The notes under the pieces were generated by a model. That model did not search any database. It was not told the DNA's origin and saw only the letters and a program-made list of their open reading frames with translations. The translations under genes and the position numbers were made by a program. 64,000 nt of DNA, from assembly GCA_963727485.1 (NCBI GenBank), contig CAVSGM010000011.1:672001-736000 (forward strand), in the 5' to 3' direction. The stretch's first letter is position 1. Every line of letters begins with the position of its first letter. Below are positions 35,001 through 44,270 of this stretch, one piece after another. The stretch is from an uncultured delta proteobacterium (lineage in GTDB: Bacteria; Myxococcota; Myxococcia; SLRQ01).

Positions 35001-35653
35001 CGCTCGGCCTTCTTCGCCTGGCGCTGGAGGCTGTCGAGGCGCTTGCCCAGCTCGCCGACCAGGTCGCCGACCCGCAGGAGGTTCGCCCGGGTGTGGTCCA
35101 TCTTCCGCTCGGCGGCCTTCTTCTTGGCCTTGTAGCGGGTGATGCCGGCGGCCTCCTCGATGAGGGTCCGCCGGTCCTCGGCCTTGGCCGAGACGATGAC
35201 GCCGATGCGCCCCTGCTCGATGATCGAGTAGGCCTTGGTGCCGACCCCCGTCCCCAGGAAGAGGTCGGTGATGTCCATGAGCCGGCAGGGCACCTTGTTG
35301 ATCTGGTACTCGCTCTCCCCGGTGCGGAAGAGCCGGCGGGTCACCGCGATCTCCCGGAACTGCCGGTACTGCGCCGGGACCTCGGAGGCATCGTCGTTGT
35401 AGAAGGAGAGGGTGACCTCCGCCATGCCGAGCGGCGGCCGGCTCTGGGAGCCGTTGAAGATCACGTCGGACATGGACGCGCCCCGCAGGTGCTTGGGGGA
35501 CTGCTCCCCGAGCACCCAGCGGATGGCGTCGACGATGTTCGACTTGCCGCACCCGTTGGGGCCGACCACCCCCGTGATCCCCTTGTCGAACTGGATCACG
35601 GTCTTGTCCATGAAGGACTTGAAGCCGACGATGTCGAGCCGCTTCAGACGCAT
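32021..35653 (-). CDS. smc: Chromosome segregation protein SMC
   Basis: GFKSF, GPNGCGKSN, coiled coils, hinge, LSGGEK, LDEVDAPLD. Confidence 0.97.
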   Translation of the reverse strand: MRLKRLDIVGFKSFMDKTVIQFDKGITGVVGPNGCGKSNIVDAIRWVLGEQSPKHLRGASMSDVIFNGSQSRPPLGMAEVTLSFYNDDASEVPAQYRQFREIAVTRRLFRTGESEYQINKVPCRLMDITDLFLGTGVGTKAYSIIEQGRIGVIVSAKAEDRRTLIEEAAGITRYKAKKKAAERKMDHTRANLLRVGDLVGELGKRLDSLQRQAKKAERYKQLKAELQEIELHLVTHRWLEVSALRTQLAHRLEATTGEIAETTEAVATLETDLRRRRERLAEEEARLAEIQNRATEAEGQAKVHEERVSGLVRERESLDVRTREARAEAAELNGRLETLAAEREAAETALAELEALIAADREILTARTEEASGVAAEVERLTGLLDAEREGALDVVRTLSQGKSHLEALERQRAELAAATGKADAERVTVEERIAELEAGREKLAVTVDDTRQLQLKLEEDRQAQALSLKTCRENLATSRQQVAELKDALAEKRSRLGSLQDILRNYEGYAQGVRSVMLQKDDGIEGVDASAILGLVADVVHADPAAEQAVEAVLDARLQWVLVRDGDTARRLAGWLEAEGAGRGSFVALADLVPGGDPQSARALAERDGVVGAALDLVRTDDAHADLARLLLGDVVVVDDLAVATALAAERPGLTFVTRRGEVLAAAGVLTGGTREGAGTGLLETRREVTELEAAVAGLTTTLSVETESLRRLEEREANLDEGLARLTRDSHAEQLNLVAHETELGRVADELGRLDERLAGLARDRAEREARLEGLAADAERTQAALTAAESDQATRQARVQGLEQEIAAARARHQGLQGEVTQLRVKAAGDTERRDAAAKDRVRLDQTRAETEARLAQLQGLVEGSGATFEDLDSRMTEGRTEAERLVAEAGKLRTEVARARETVSAASKQLATDEDQLTALRTRHEAAAESRSQLTVEDRELELELRHLEEGVEERHAMTLAEALTVWHLVAPPTEDDHDRLGVLRGKVERMGEVNLTAISEFEEISERHTFLTTQKADLEDSLEQLTKAIHRINKTSKARFLETFELINERFQKIFPRLFNGGKASLALTDPSQPLETGVEIFAQPPGKKLQSVNLLSGGEKALTAVSLLFGIFLVRPTPFCLLDEVDAPLDDNNVGRYNAIVREMAQRSQFILITHNKTTMEIGDTLYGVTMEEPGCSKLVSVRLREDEDDGEREPLPGQESEAA

Positions 35654-35830
35654 ACGCTCACCTGCCGGACGCGCGCCCCGAAGGCCGCGGACGTCCCTTC
35701 CTGCACCAAACCACGGAAACCCCAGTTGAATTCAGGGCCTGCGCCTCCCCCGGGGCAGGAATGCGTGCATCAGCGTACAACCAGCAAGCGCAGGAGCGTG
35801 AGCGGTTGGGAGAGGCGCCGACGGGGGCGC

Positions 35831-35859
35831 ATGTTAGAGAGCCGCCCGGTGCAGTTCAA
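35831..35859 (-). promoter_or_regulatory. Candidate sigma70 promoter for smc
   Basis: Minus strand TTGAAC-N17-TAACAT, ~175 nt upstream of the smc ATG. Confidence 0.5.
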
Positions 35860-36064
35860 CGAAAAAGTGACGTGACACTACATGACACCGCATCATCGAC
35901 AGGGTCACGGGGCCGGCGCGCCACCGGCCAGGCGCCGCAACGCCGCGGAACGGCAGCGGGATCCCGCCGTCGGGCCCCGCCGGCGCCGGCGTCGTGACCC
36001 GCGGGGTGCGCCCGGGCGGCGGCCGCGACGCGGGGGATTGCCCCCGAGAAAGCACCGGGGCCCG

Positions 36065-37395
36065 GTGTCCCGGGAGGTCCGCCGGACCCTGGCGCTCGCC
36101 GCCCCGGTGATCGGCGCCCAGCTCGGGATGATGGCCATGGGCCTCACCGACACCCTCATGGTCGGCCCCCTCGGCGCGGCGCCGCTCGCGGCCACCAGCG
36201 TGGGCAACGCGGTCTTCTTCTCCATCCTGGTGCTGTTCAACGGGACCCTCATGGCCCTGGAGCCGGTGGTGTCCCAGGCGGTGGGCGCCGGGGCCCGGCG
36301 CGAGGCCGGGGCGCACCTGTGGCAGGGGCTGTGGCTCGCGGTGGGCTTCGGCGTGCCCCTGACCCTCTTCTTCGTGGACAGCACCTGGCTCTTCCGCGCG
36401 CTGGGGCAGACACCCGAGGTCTCGGCCCTCGCCGGCGCGTACCTCGAGGGCCGGTCCTTCGCGACGCTCCCGTTCCTCGCCTTCCAGGCCTACCGCAGCT
36501 TCTTCAACGGGGTGGGGCGGCCCAGGGCGGTGCTGCTGGTCACCCTCGCCGGGGTGGCGGTGAACGTCGGCGCCGACTGGGCCTTCATCTACGGGCACCT
36601 GGGGGTGCCGGCGCTGGGGGTGCTCGGGGCGGGGCTGGCCACCAGCACGGTGCGGGTGGTGATGCTCGGGGCCATCGCGCTCGTGGCCCTGGCGCCGGAC
36701 GTGTCGCGCTACCGGGTGCCGGTGGCGGCGCCCCGGCGGCGCGAGGTGTGGCGCCTGCTCACCGTGGGCCTGCCCATCGGGGGCCAGCAGTTCGCCGAGG
36801 TGGCGGTCTTCGCCGCCGCCAGCGTCCTCGCCGGCTGGATCGGCACCGACGCCCAGGCGGCGCACCAATCGCCATGTCCGTGGCCTCGACCACCTTCATG
36901 GTGCCGCTGGGGGTCTCCATGGCCGCCACGGTCCGGGTGGGCAACGGGGTGGGGCGCCGGGACCTCGACGGCGCCATGCGCGCAGGAAGGGTGGCCATCG
37001 TCCTCGGCGCCGGGTTCATGGCCGCCTCGGCGCTGCTGTTGGTGACCTTCCCCGGCCTCCTCGCCCGGGCGTTCTCCCCGGGGCCCGAGGTCCTGCGCAC
37101 GGCGGTGTCGCTGCTGACCATCGCCGCGGTCTTCCAGATCTTCGACGGCCTCCAGATCACCAGCGCCGGGTGCCTCCGGGGCGCCGGCGACACCCGCACG
37201 CCCTTCGTGATCACGGTGGCGGCCCACTGGCTGGTGGGCCTGCCGCTGGGCTGGCTGCTCGCCTTCCCCCTGGGCCTCGGGGTCCGCGGCCTGTGGTGGG
37301 GGCTCACCGCGGGGCTCATGGGCGTGGCGGTGCTCCAGACCACCTGGTTCCTCCGGGGGCGGTGGCGGGCGCGCGGGGCCCTGGTCACGGCGTAG
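36065..37395 (+). CDS. MATE-family efflux transporter (NorM-like), frameshift ~36870
   Basis: LAAPVIGAQL, DTLMVG, ATVRVGN, FQIFDGLQ, LRGAGDT. Confidence 0.9.
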
Positions 37396-37460
37396 GCCGC
37401 GTGGGGCCTGGGGCCGGGGCCCGGTTGACGCGTCCCCGCCCGGACCCGTACACACCTCGC

Positions 37461-38039
37461 ATGTCAAAGACCCGCTACGTCTCCGTCGACATCGAAGCCA
37501 CCGGGCCGGCGCCCGGGGTCTTCTCCATGGTCTCCATCGGGGCCTGCGTGGTCGGCGAGACCGAGCGGCAGTTCTACGCCGAGCTCAAGCCCATCACCGA
37601 CCGCTTCGACAAGAAGGCCCTGCGGGTGGCCATGCCGAGGCGCACCCACGACTCGCTCTACGAGACCGGCGAGGACCCCGGCGAGGTGATGCACCGGTTC
37701 ACCAACTGGCTCAAGGAGCTGCGGGAGCACGGGACCTACCACCTGGTGTGCGTGGCCCACAACGCGCCCTTCGACTGGATGTTCCTCACCTGGTACTTCT
37801 TCACCTACGTGGGCGAGAACCCCTTCGGGTGGGCCGCCCTCGACACCCGGGCGCTGTTCATGGGCCTGACCGGCAACGCCTGGGAGAAGACGCGCCTCGA
37901 GGACATCAAGAAGCGCTACCCGATGCAGAAGCCCCACACCCACCACGCCCTCGAGGACGCCATCGAGCAGGGCGAGCTCTTCGAGCAGATGCTCGAGACC
38001 CATCGGGCGCTCAAGCTCAAGAAGGGCAGCGAGGTCTAA
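37461..38039 (+). CDS. DEDDh 3'-5' exo(ribo)nuclease
   Basis: VSVDIEATG, HNAPFD, HHALEDA. Confidence 0.85.
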   Translation: MSKTRYVSVDIEATGPAPGVFSMVSIGACVVGETERQFYAELKPITDRFDKKALRVAMPRRTHDSLYETGEDPGEVMHRFTNWLKELREHGTYHLVCVAHNAPFDWMFLTWYFFTYVGENPFGWAALDTRALFMGLTGNAWEKTRLEDIKKRYPMQKPHTHHALEDAIEQGELFEQMLETHRALKLKKGSEV

Positions 38040-38089
38040 AGGCGGGTGGCCCGCGTCGCGGCGGGCGTCTCCGCCCGGCCCGGGCCCGC

Positions 38090-39458
38090 CTACTCGGGCT
38101 CCCCGGCCTCGCTCGACAGCTTCCGGTAGATCGTCCGCGCCGAGAGCCCCAGGAGCCTCGCCGCCAGGGTCTTGTCCCCGCCGGTGTGCCGCAGCGTCTC
38201 GTGGATCACCCGCCGCTCGAATCTCCTCGAGGGGCGTCCCGATGGGCACCACAATCTCCCGTGCCGGCACCGCGTCCGCCTCGCGCACCCCCTCGGGCAG
38301 GTCGCCCAGGTCGATGCGGTCGCCCCGGCAGAGCACCACCGCCCGCTGGATCACGTTCTCCAGCTCGCGGACGTTCCCGGGGAAGAGGTAGCCCTCCAGC
38401 GCCCGCATCGCCGGCTCGGTGAACCCCTTGAGCGCCTTGCCGTCCCGCTCGGCGAAGCGCCGGAGGAAGTGGTGGGCGAGGAGCGGGATGTCGCCGCGCC
38501 GCTCCCGGAGCGGGGGCAGGGTGAGGGTGATGACGTTGAGGCGGTAGAAGAGGTCCTCGCGGAAGCGCCCCGCCTCCACCTCGTCGGCCAGCGCCTTGTT
38601 GGTGGCGGCGACGATGCGCACGTCGGCGTGGAGGGTCTCGGTGCCCCCGAGGCGCTCGAGCTCGCCGCTCTGGAGCACCCGCAAGAGCTTGGCCTGCACC
38701 TCGCGAGACAGCTCGGTGATCTCGTCGAGGAAGAGCGTGCCGCCGTTCGCCCGCTCGAAGCGCCCCTCGCGCCTGGCCACCGCCCCGGTGAAGGCGCCCT
38801 TCTCGTAGCCGAAGAGCTCGCTCTCCAGCAGGGTCTCGGGGATGGCGGCGCAGTTCACCGCCACGAAGGCCTCCTCGGCCCGGGGCGAGAGGTCGTGGAG
38901 CGCCCGGGCGGCGAGCTCCTTGCCGGTGCCCGACTCGCCCTGGACCAGCACCGTCGCCGACGAGGGCGCCGCCTGGCGCACCAGGTCCATGGCCGCCCGG
39001 AACGCCGGGGACTCGCCGACGATCCCGCTGACCCCGGCGAGGTCCTTGATCCGCGCCCGCAGCGCCCGGTTCTCCAGGACCAGGGCCTGGCGGTCGAGGG
39101 CCTGGCGCATGGTCTTGACGATGGCCATGCGCTTGAGCGGCTTGGTCACGAAGTCGTAGGCGCCCTCCTTCATGGCCTCCACCGCGGTCTCCACCGTGCC
39201 GTAGGCGGTCATCAGGACCACCTCGGTCTCGGGCGCCACCGTGCGCGCGGCGCGGAGCAGATCGACCCCGCTCATCCCCGGCATCATCAGATCCGTGAGC
39301 AGCACGTTGACCCGGTGGGCGCGCAGCAGGTCCAGCGCCTCCTCGCCCGAGGCCGCCGTGCGCACCTCCCACCCCTCGCGGCTGAAGATGCGCTCGAGGG
39401 AGTCGAGGTTGCTCTGCTCGTCGTCGGCGACGAGGACGATGGGCGGCGAGAGGCTCAC
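38090..39458 (-). CDS. NtrC-family sigma54-dependent response regulator, frameshift ~38221 before the HTH
   Basis: Receiver (VADDE, TDLMMPG), GESGTGKE, GAFTGA, FREDLFYRL, Fis-type HTH in the adjacent frame. Confidence 0.92.
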
Positions 39459-39539
39459 GAGGGATCAACCGGGGGCGGCGCCGACGCTTCCCGGGAACCG
39501 TCCCCGGGACCATCGCCCAGCCCCGCTCCGTTCCTTATC

Positions 39540-40700
39540 ATGCCTTTGGTGAGGGAGATCGCGGCCATCGCGGTGGTGGTCGGCCTGGCCCTCCTGGGGA
39601 TGCTCCCGGGGCTGCGCCGCCTGCGATCCGCTCTGGGGCTCACGCACTTCGTGAGCTCGGGGCACCTCTTCCTCATCCTGGGCATCGCGCTCGGCCCCGT
39701 GGGCGTGGGCCTCCTCGACGACGCGACCCTCGCCGCCCTGGAGCCGGTGACCGTCTTCCTCCTGGCGTGGATGGGCCTCATCGTGGGCCTGCGCATGGAG
39801 GCCGCGCTCCTGCGCCGGGTCGAGCGCCAGAGCCTCACCCTCGCCGCCGTCGGCGCCACCCTCCCGGCCATCCTCGTGCCCCTGGGCCTGGTGTGGCTCA
39901 CCGGCCTCCACGCCCCGGGGCCGCTCCTGATCGCCGCCGGGTGCGCCGGGGCCACCGCCGCCACCGCGGCCACCTGGCTCCTCCGGGGCCAGCGCACCGG
40001 CGAGCTCGCCCTGGTCCACACCGCCGCCGCCCTCGACGACTGGGCCATCGTGGCGCTGGCCATCCCCGCCTTCGCCCTGGCCCACAGCGGCGGGACCCAC
40101 GCGGGGCTGATGGTCGTGGTCATCCTGGTCGCCGCCGGGGTCATCGGCACCGCCGTGGCCCTGCTCCTGCCCCACCTGCGCCAGGCCGGCGAGGAGCTGG
40201 TGGTGGGCGTCGGCGCCGCGGCGCTGGCCGGGGGCGGCGCCGCCTACGTGGGCCTCTCCAGCGTCGTCGCCGGGGCCGTCGCCGGGGTGGTGGTGGCCAA
40301 CGCCGTCCGGGGCCGCCGGGGGACCCAGCCCTTCTACGCCCTGGTCACCCGGGTGGAGCGGCCCTTCTACCTGGCGTTCGTGGTCCTCACCGGGGCGACC
40401 CTCACCTTCGCCCGCCCGGACCTCTGGGTGCCGCTCTTCCTGGTCTTCGTCGCCGGCCGGGCCCTGGGGAAGCTCGCCGGCGGCTTCGTCGCCCGGCGCC
40501 TCACCCGGGGCCGGCTCCACCCCCTGCGCCTCGCCGCGGTGAGCCTGCCCATGGCGCCGCTCGCCCTCGCCGTCGCCGCCGACCTCGCCACCGTCCACCC
40601 GGGCCTCCTCACCCGGGCGGTGCTGGTGGCGGTGGCCCTCGCCTGGCTCGTCTTCGAGGTAGGCGCCGCGGTCCTGGCGCCGCGCGGGGAGGCCTCGTGA
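39540..40700 (+). CDS. Cation:proton antiporter-like membrane protein (first of pair)
   Basis: About 12 hydrophobic segments; LGIALGPVG, AALDD, GRALGK. Confidence 0.72.
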   Translation: MPLVREIAAIAVVVGLALLGMLPGLRRLRSALGLTHFVSSGHLFLILGIALGPVGVGLLDDATLAALEPVTVFLLAWMGLIVGLRMEAALLRRVERQSLTLAAVGATLPAILVPLGLVWLTGLHAPGPLLIAAGCAGATAATAATWLLRGQRTGELALVHTAAALDDWAIVALAIPAFALAHSGGTHAGLMVVVILVAAGVIGTAVALLLPHLRQAGEELVVGVGAAALAGGGAAYVGLSSVVAGAVAGVVVANAVRGRRGTQPFYALVTRVERPFYLAFVVLTGATLTFARPDLWVPLFLVFVAGRALGKLAGGFVARRLTRGRLHPLRLAAVSLPMAPLALAVAADLATVHPGLLTRAVLVAVALAWLVFEVGAAVLAPRGEAS

Positions 40701-42004
40701 GGCGCGCCGGGGTCCTGGCCCTGGTGGTGGCGCTGGCCGCCGCGGCGCGCCTCCTGCCCCCGGGCCCGGCGGCGCGGCAGCTCGGCCCGGGGATGGCCCT
40801 CGGGGTGCTCCTCCTCGGGGGCTACCTCGCCGGCTCCCTGGTGGCCCGGGTGAAGCTTCCGCAGCTCACCGGCTACCTCCTCTTCGGGCTCGCCGCCGGG
40901 CCCGCGGTGGGCCGTCTCCTCGAGGGCCCGCTCCTCGACGCCCTGCGCCCGGTGGACGGGATGGCCGTGGCGCTGATCGCCATGAGCGCCGGCGCCGAGC
41001 TGCGCTTCTCCTGGCTCCGGCGCCACGCGGGGCGGGTGGCGGTGGTCGGCGGCCTGATCGGCCTCGGCGTCACCGCCCTGGTCACCGGGGCGCTGCTCCT
41101 GGCCCGGGCCCACGTCCCGTTCCTCGCGGACCTTCGCGGCGAGGCGGCGGTGCTGGTGGCGCTGCTGGTGGGCATCACCATGGCCTCCACCTCGCCGCTG
41201 GTGATCCTCGCGGTCACCGCCGAGACCCGGGCCCGGGGTCCGGTCACCGACCTCCTCCTGGGGGTGGCGGTGCTCATGGACCTGGTGGTCGTGGTCGCGG
41301 TGGGGGTGGTGCTGGCGTTGGCCCGGGGCCGCCTCGGGGGCGAGGCGGTGTCGGCGGTGCAGGTGGCCTGGGGCCTGGTGATCGACCTCGGCGGGTCGCT
41401 GGCCCTCGGCGCCGCCCTCGGGGGCGCCCTGGTCCTGTGGCTCCGGCGGGTGGGCCGGGAGCTGGCCCTGGTGGTCGCCGGGGTGTGCCTCGCCATCAGC
41501 GAGGTGGGCACGCGGATGCACCTGGAGCCGCTCCTGGTCGCCATCGCCGCGGGGATGGTGCTCATCAACTTCGGTGGGGTGCGCTCCGGGCACTTCGTCC
41601 GGGCCATCGAGCGGGTGAGCCTCCCGGTCTACGCCCTCTTCTTCGGCCTGGTCGGCGCCCACCTCGACCTCAAGCTCCTGGTCTCCCTGGGCGTCCTCGG
41701 CGCCGGGCTGGTGGCGCTGCGGGGGCTGGCGCTCTTCGGGGCCACCTGGGCCGGGGCGCGCCTCACCGGCACCGAGGTCCCGGTGCGCCGGGTGGCGTGG
41801 CTCGGCTTCGTGAGCCAGGCCGGGGTGACCCTCGGCATCGCGGTCACCGTGGCCCACACCTTCCCCGGGTGGGGCGACGCGGTGGCGGGACTGGTCATCG
41901 GGGTGGTCGCGGTGAACACCCTGGTGGGCCCGGTGCTCCACCGCCTGGCGCTGGTGCGCGCCGGGGAGGTCCACGCGGCACCCGAGGGGCCGGCGGCGCC
42001 CTGA
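40697..42004 (+). CDS. Cation:proton antiporter-like membrane protein (second of pair)
   Basis: GTGA overlap; KLPQLTGYLLFG, STSP, VLMD, SQAGVTLG. Confidence 0.78.
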   Translation: MRRAGVLALVVALAAAARLLPPGPAARQLGPGMALGVLLLGGYLAGSLVARVKLPQLTGYLLFGLAAGPAVGRLLEGPLLDALRPVDGMAVALIAMSAGAELRFSWLRRHAGRVAVVGGLIGLGVTALVTGALLLARAHVPFLADLRGEAAVLVALLVGITMASTSPLVILAVTAETRARGPVTDLLLGVAVLMDLVVVVAVGVVLALARGRLGGEAVSAVQVAWGLVIDLGGSLALGAALGGALVLWLRRVGRELALVVAGVCLAISEVGTRMHLEPLLVAIAAGMVLINFGGVRSGHFVRAIERVSLPVYALFFGLVGAHLDLKLLVSLGVLGAGLVALRGLALFGATWAGARLTGTEVPVRRVAWLGFVSQAGVTLGIAVTVAHTFPGWGDAVAGLVIGVVAVNTLVGPVLHRLALVRAGEVHAAPEGPAAP

Positions 42005-42069
42005 CCGGGCCGGAGCGCGTCTTGACCGCCCGGGTGCCCGCGGCCGATGGTGGATTCTCGGAGCCTGCC

Positions 42070-43302
42070 ATGGACGCGCCGCTGCCCCGCCACCGCCATC
42101 TCTCCAGGGCCCTCGGCCGGGTCGCCTGCCTCGGCGCCGCCACCGTCGCCGTCCTCGCCCTGGTCGCCGGCGGCTGCGGGGGTGGCGGCACCATCACCAC
42201 CGGCAACGGTCAGGACGGCGGCGGTCTGGTGGACGACGGCGGCACCACCGGCTTCGACGCCGGGGGCTTCGGCGGCGACGCCGGCACCGTGGACGCCGGG
42301 GTCGCCGACGCCGGCGGCACCCCGGACGCGGGGACCCCCGACGCCGGGACCGTGGACGCGGGCACCCCCGACGCCGGCGGAGGCGGAGACGGCGGGGTCG
42401 TCGACGGCGGCTTCGGCGCCCCGAACCACGGCTACCCGAGCTGGCGCGAGCGGGCCTTCCTGGTGCTGGTCAACGCCGTCCGCATGGCCCCCACCGCCTG
42501 GCGCGACAAGTACATGACCGACCTCGCCGTGGCCCACGGGTCCATCCTCGCCCCGGCCAACTTCCCGCCCCAGCCGCCGCTCCACTTCTGGTTCGACCTC
42601 GCCCGGTCGGCCCGGGCCCACGCGGCGGACATGGCGACGGGCTGCGGCCTCCAGCACGACTCGTGCAACGGCACCAAGTGGACCGACCGGCTCAAGCAGT
42701 ACGACCCCTCGGCCACCTACCTCGGCGAGAACATCGCCGCCGGCGATCCGAACCCGCGGCGGATGCTCGACTTCCTCCTCTGCGACGCCCCGTCCAATGG
42801 CGCCCCCTGCTGCGGCGACACCGACACCAGCTGCAACGGGCACCGGGTCAACATCATGGACCCGAGTTTCACCGTGACCGGCACCGGCTACGCCCAGGGC
42901 ACCCAGAACGGGACCTACTTCTGGACCGAGGACCTCGCCGACAACGCGCCGCCGGACACCGGGCCCATCGTCGCCGGGAGCCACGCCCTCCTGCCCCCGC
43001 CGCAGCAGTACGTGGCGCCGGCGCTGGGCTTCTTCCTCAACTATGCCGATCCCGCCGGAGCGCCCCAGTCGGTGACCCTCTACTTCGCCGGCACCGCCCA
43101 TCCGATGACCGACGATCTGGGGCCGGCGGGGCAGGGGACCTGGGTGTGGTCCACGGGCACCGGCGGTAGCGGGGCCGCGTGCCGGCTCTATCACTTCGAG
43201 GCGGTGGACAGCGCGGGGCACACCTGGCGGTACCCGGAGACCGGGTCGTTCGTGACCGCGGGGATCGGGGCGTGCTCGGCGGACCAGGATTGGGTGCAGT
43301 AG
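42070..43302 (+). CDS. CAP (SCP-like) domain lipoprotein with DAG-repeat linker
   Basis: VAGGC lipobox; (P/V)DAGT repeats; ARAHAADM, GENIAAG, GHRVNIM. Confidence 0.85.
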   Translation: MDAPLPRHRHLSRALGRVACLGAATVAVLALVAGGCGGGGTITTGNGQDGGGLVDDGGTTGFDAGGFGGDAGTVDAGVADAGGTPDAGTPDAGTVDAGTPDAGGGGDGGVVDGGFGAPNHGYPSWRERAFLVLVNAVRMAPTAWRDKYMTDLAVAHGSILAPANFPPQPPLHFWFDLARSARAHAADMATGCGLQHDSCNGTKWTDRLKQYDPSATYLGENIAAGDPNPRRMLDFLLCDAPSNGAPCCGDTDTSCNGHRVNIMDPSFTVTGTGYAQGTQNGTYFWTEDLADNAPPDTGPIVAGSHALLPPPQQYVAPALGFFLNYADPAGAPQSVTLYFAGTAHPMTDDLGPAGQGTWVWSTGTGGSGAACRLYHFEAVDSAGHTWRYPETGSFVTAGIGACSADQDWVQ

Positions 43303-43490
43303 CGCCGGTGCCGGCGACGTCACGACACGTCGCAGGCGAGGTGCTGCACCGCGGTGGGGGCGTTCGGGTCTGTTTCAGCGCGCCCGTTTGATCCAGCGCC
43401 AGAGACACACCGACTCTGGGCAGCCGTGCCACTCGGCGCCCGAACGCTTCCGGCGAGCACCCGTGTGAGCCCGGCCCCCCCGGGGTCGCC

Positions 43491-44186
43491 TCACCCCCCC
43501 GGCACCATGTGCAGCGCGATCGTGAACGCCGGCACCAGCACCGACCCCCCGGAGTTCTTCGGCAGGTCCACGGTCTGCCCGCCGTTCCAGTTGATCACGT
43601 ACGTGCCGTAGAACAGCGGATCCCACCGCAGCGTCGCGCCCATGGAGATCCAGGGCGCCAGGTACGCCTCGGCGCGCACCCCGGTGGTCACGATGAGCCC
43701 CCGCAGCGCCCGGTCCTGCCCCACGACGCCCCAGCCGGCGCCGACGAAGATCGACAGGTCCAACACCCGCATCTTGCCCCCGTGGACGAAGTTCCCCAGG
43801 GGATGCCAGGCGACGGTGAAGCTCGAGAGCCCGCCGCCGCCCCGGTTCGCCGAGCCGATGTTCCACCCGGTCCCGGTGAGCTCGAGCCCCAGGGTGAACA
43901 GGCCCTTGATGTCGTAGCCGATCCCCAGGGTCATGGCGAAGGCGTTCTTGGTCTCGCCGATCATCAGGGTAGGGATCTCGCCGGCGCGGTTGCCCACCTG
44001 CGGCTCCAGGGTCTTCGCCGAGAGCCGCCACATGGCGAAGCCGGGCTCGAGGCGGACGACCATCCCCTCGCCGGTGGCGGGCGGGGGGACGCCGGGGGTG
44101 GTCAGGGGGCCGTCGGCGAGCGCCGCGGCGGGGAGGGCGCAGGCGAGGGCGAGGACCAGGACGGTGCGGAGGATTGGGGCGCGCAT
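43491..44186 (-). CDS. Exported protein, probable outer-membrane beta-barrel
   Basis: Signal peptide; alternating beta-strand pattern with aromatic residues. Confidence 0.55.
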   Translation of the reverse strand: MRAPILRTVLVLALACALPAAALADGPLTTPGVPPPATGEGMVVRLEPGFAMWRLSAKTLEPQVGNRAGEIPTLMIGETKNAFAMTLGIGYDIKGLFTLGLELTGTGWNIGSANRGGGGLSSFTVAWHPLGNFVHGGKMRVLDLSIFVGAGWGVVGQDRALRGLIVTTGVRAEAYLAPWISMGATLRWDPLFYGTYVINWNGGQTVDLPKNSGGSVLVPAFTIALHMVPGG

Positions 44187-44270
44187 GACAGCAGCATACC
44201 TGCCCCATCGGGGACGTCACCCCCGGGATTGCGCCCCAGGCCTCCCGCCCGGGGTCCGGTCAGCGTCCGC

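Noticed and set aside
42226..42410. DAG(T/G) repeats in the CAP lipoprotein
   Set aside because: Low-complexity linker common in myxobacterial lipoproteins; also present in the island lipoprotein.
43415..43435. TGGCAC on the minus strand as a sigma54 promoter
   Set aside because: No TTGC -12 element at the required spacing and no downstream gene in that orientation.
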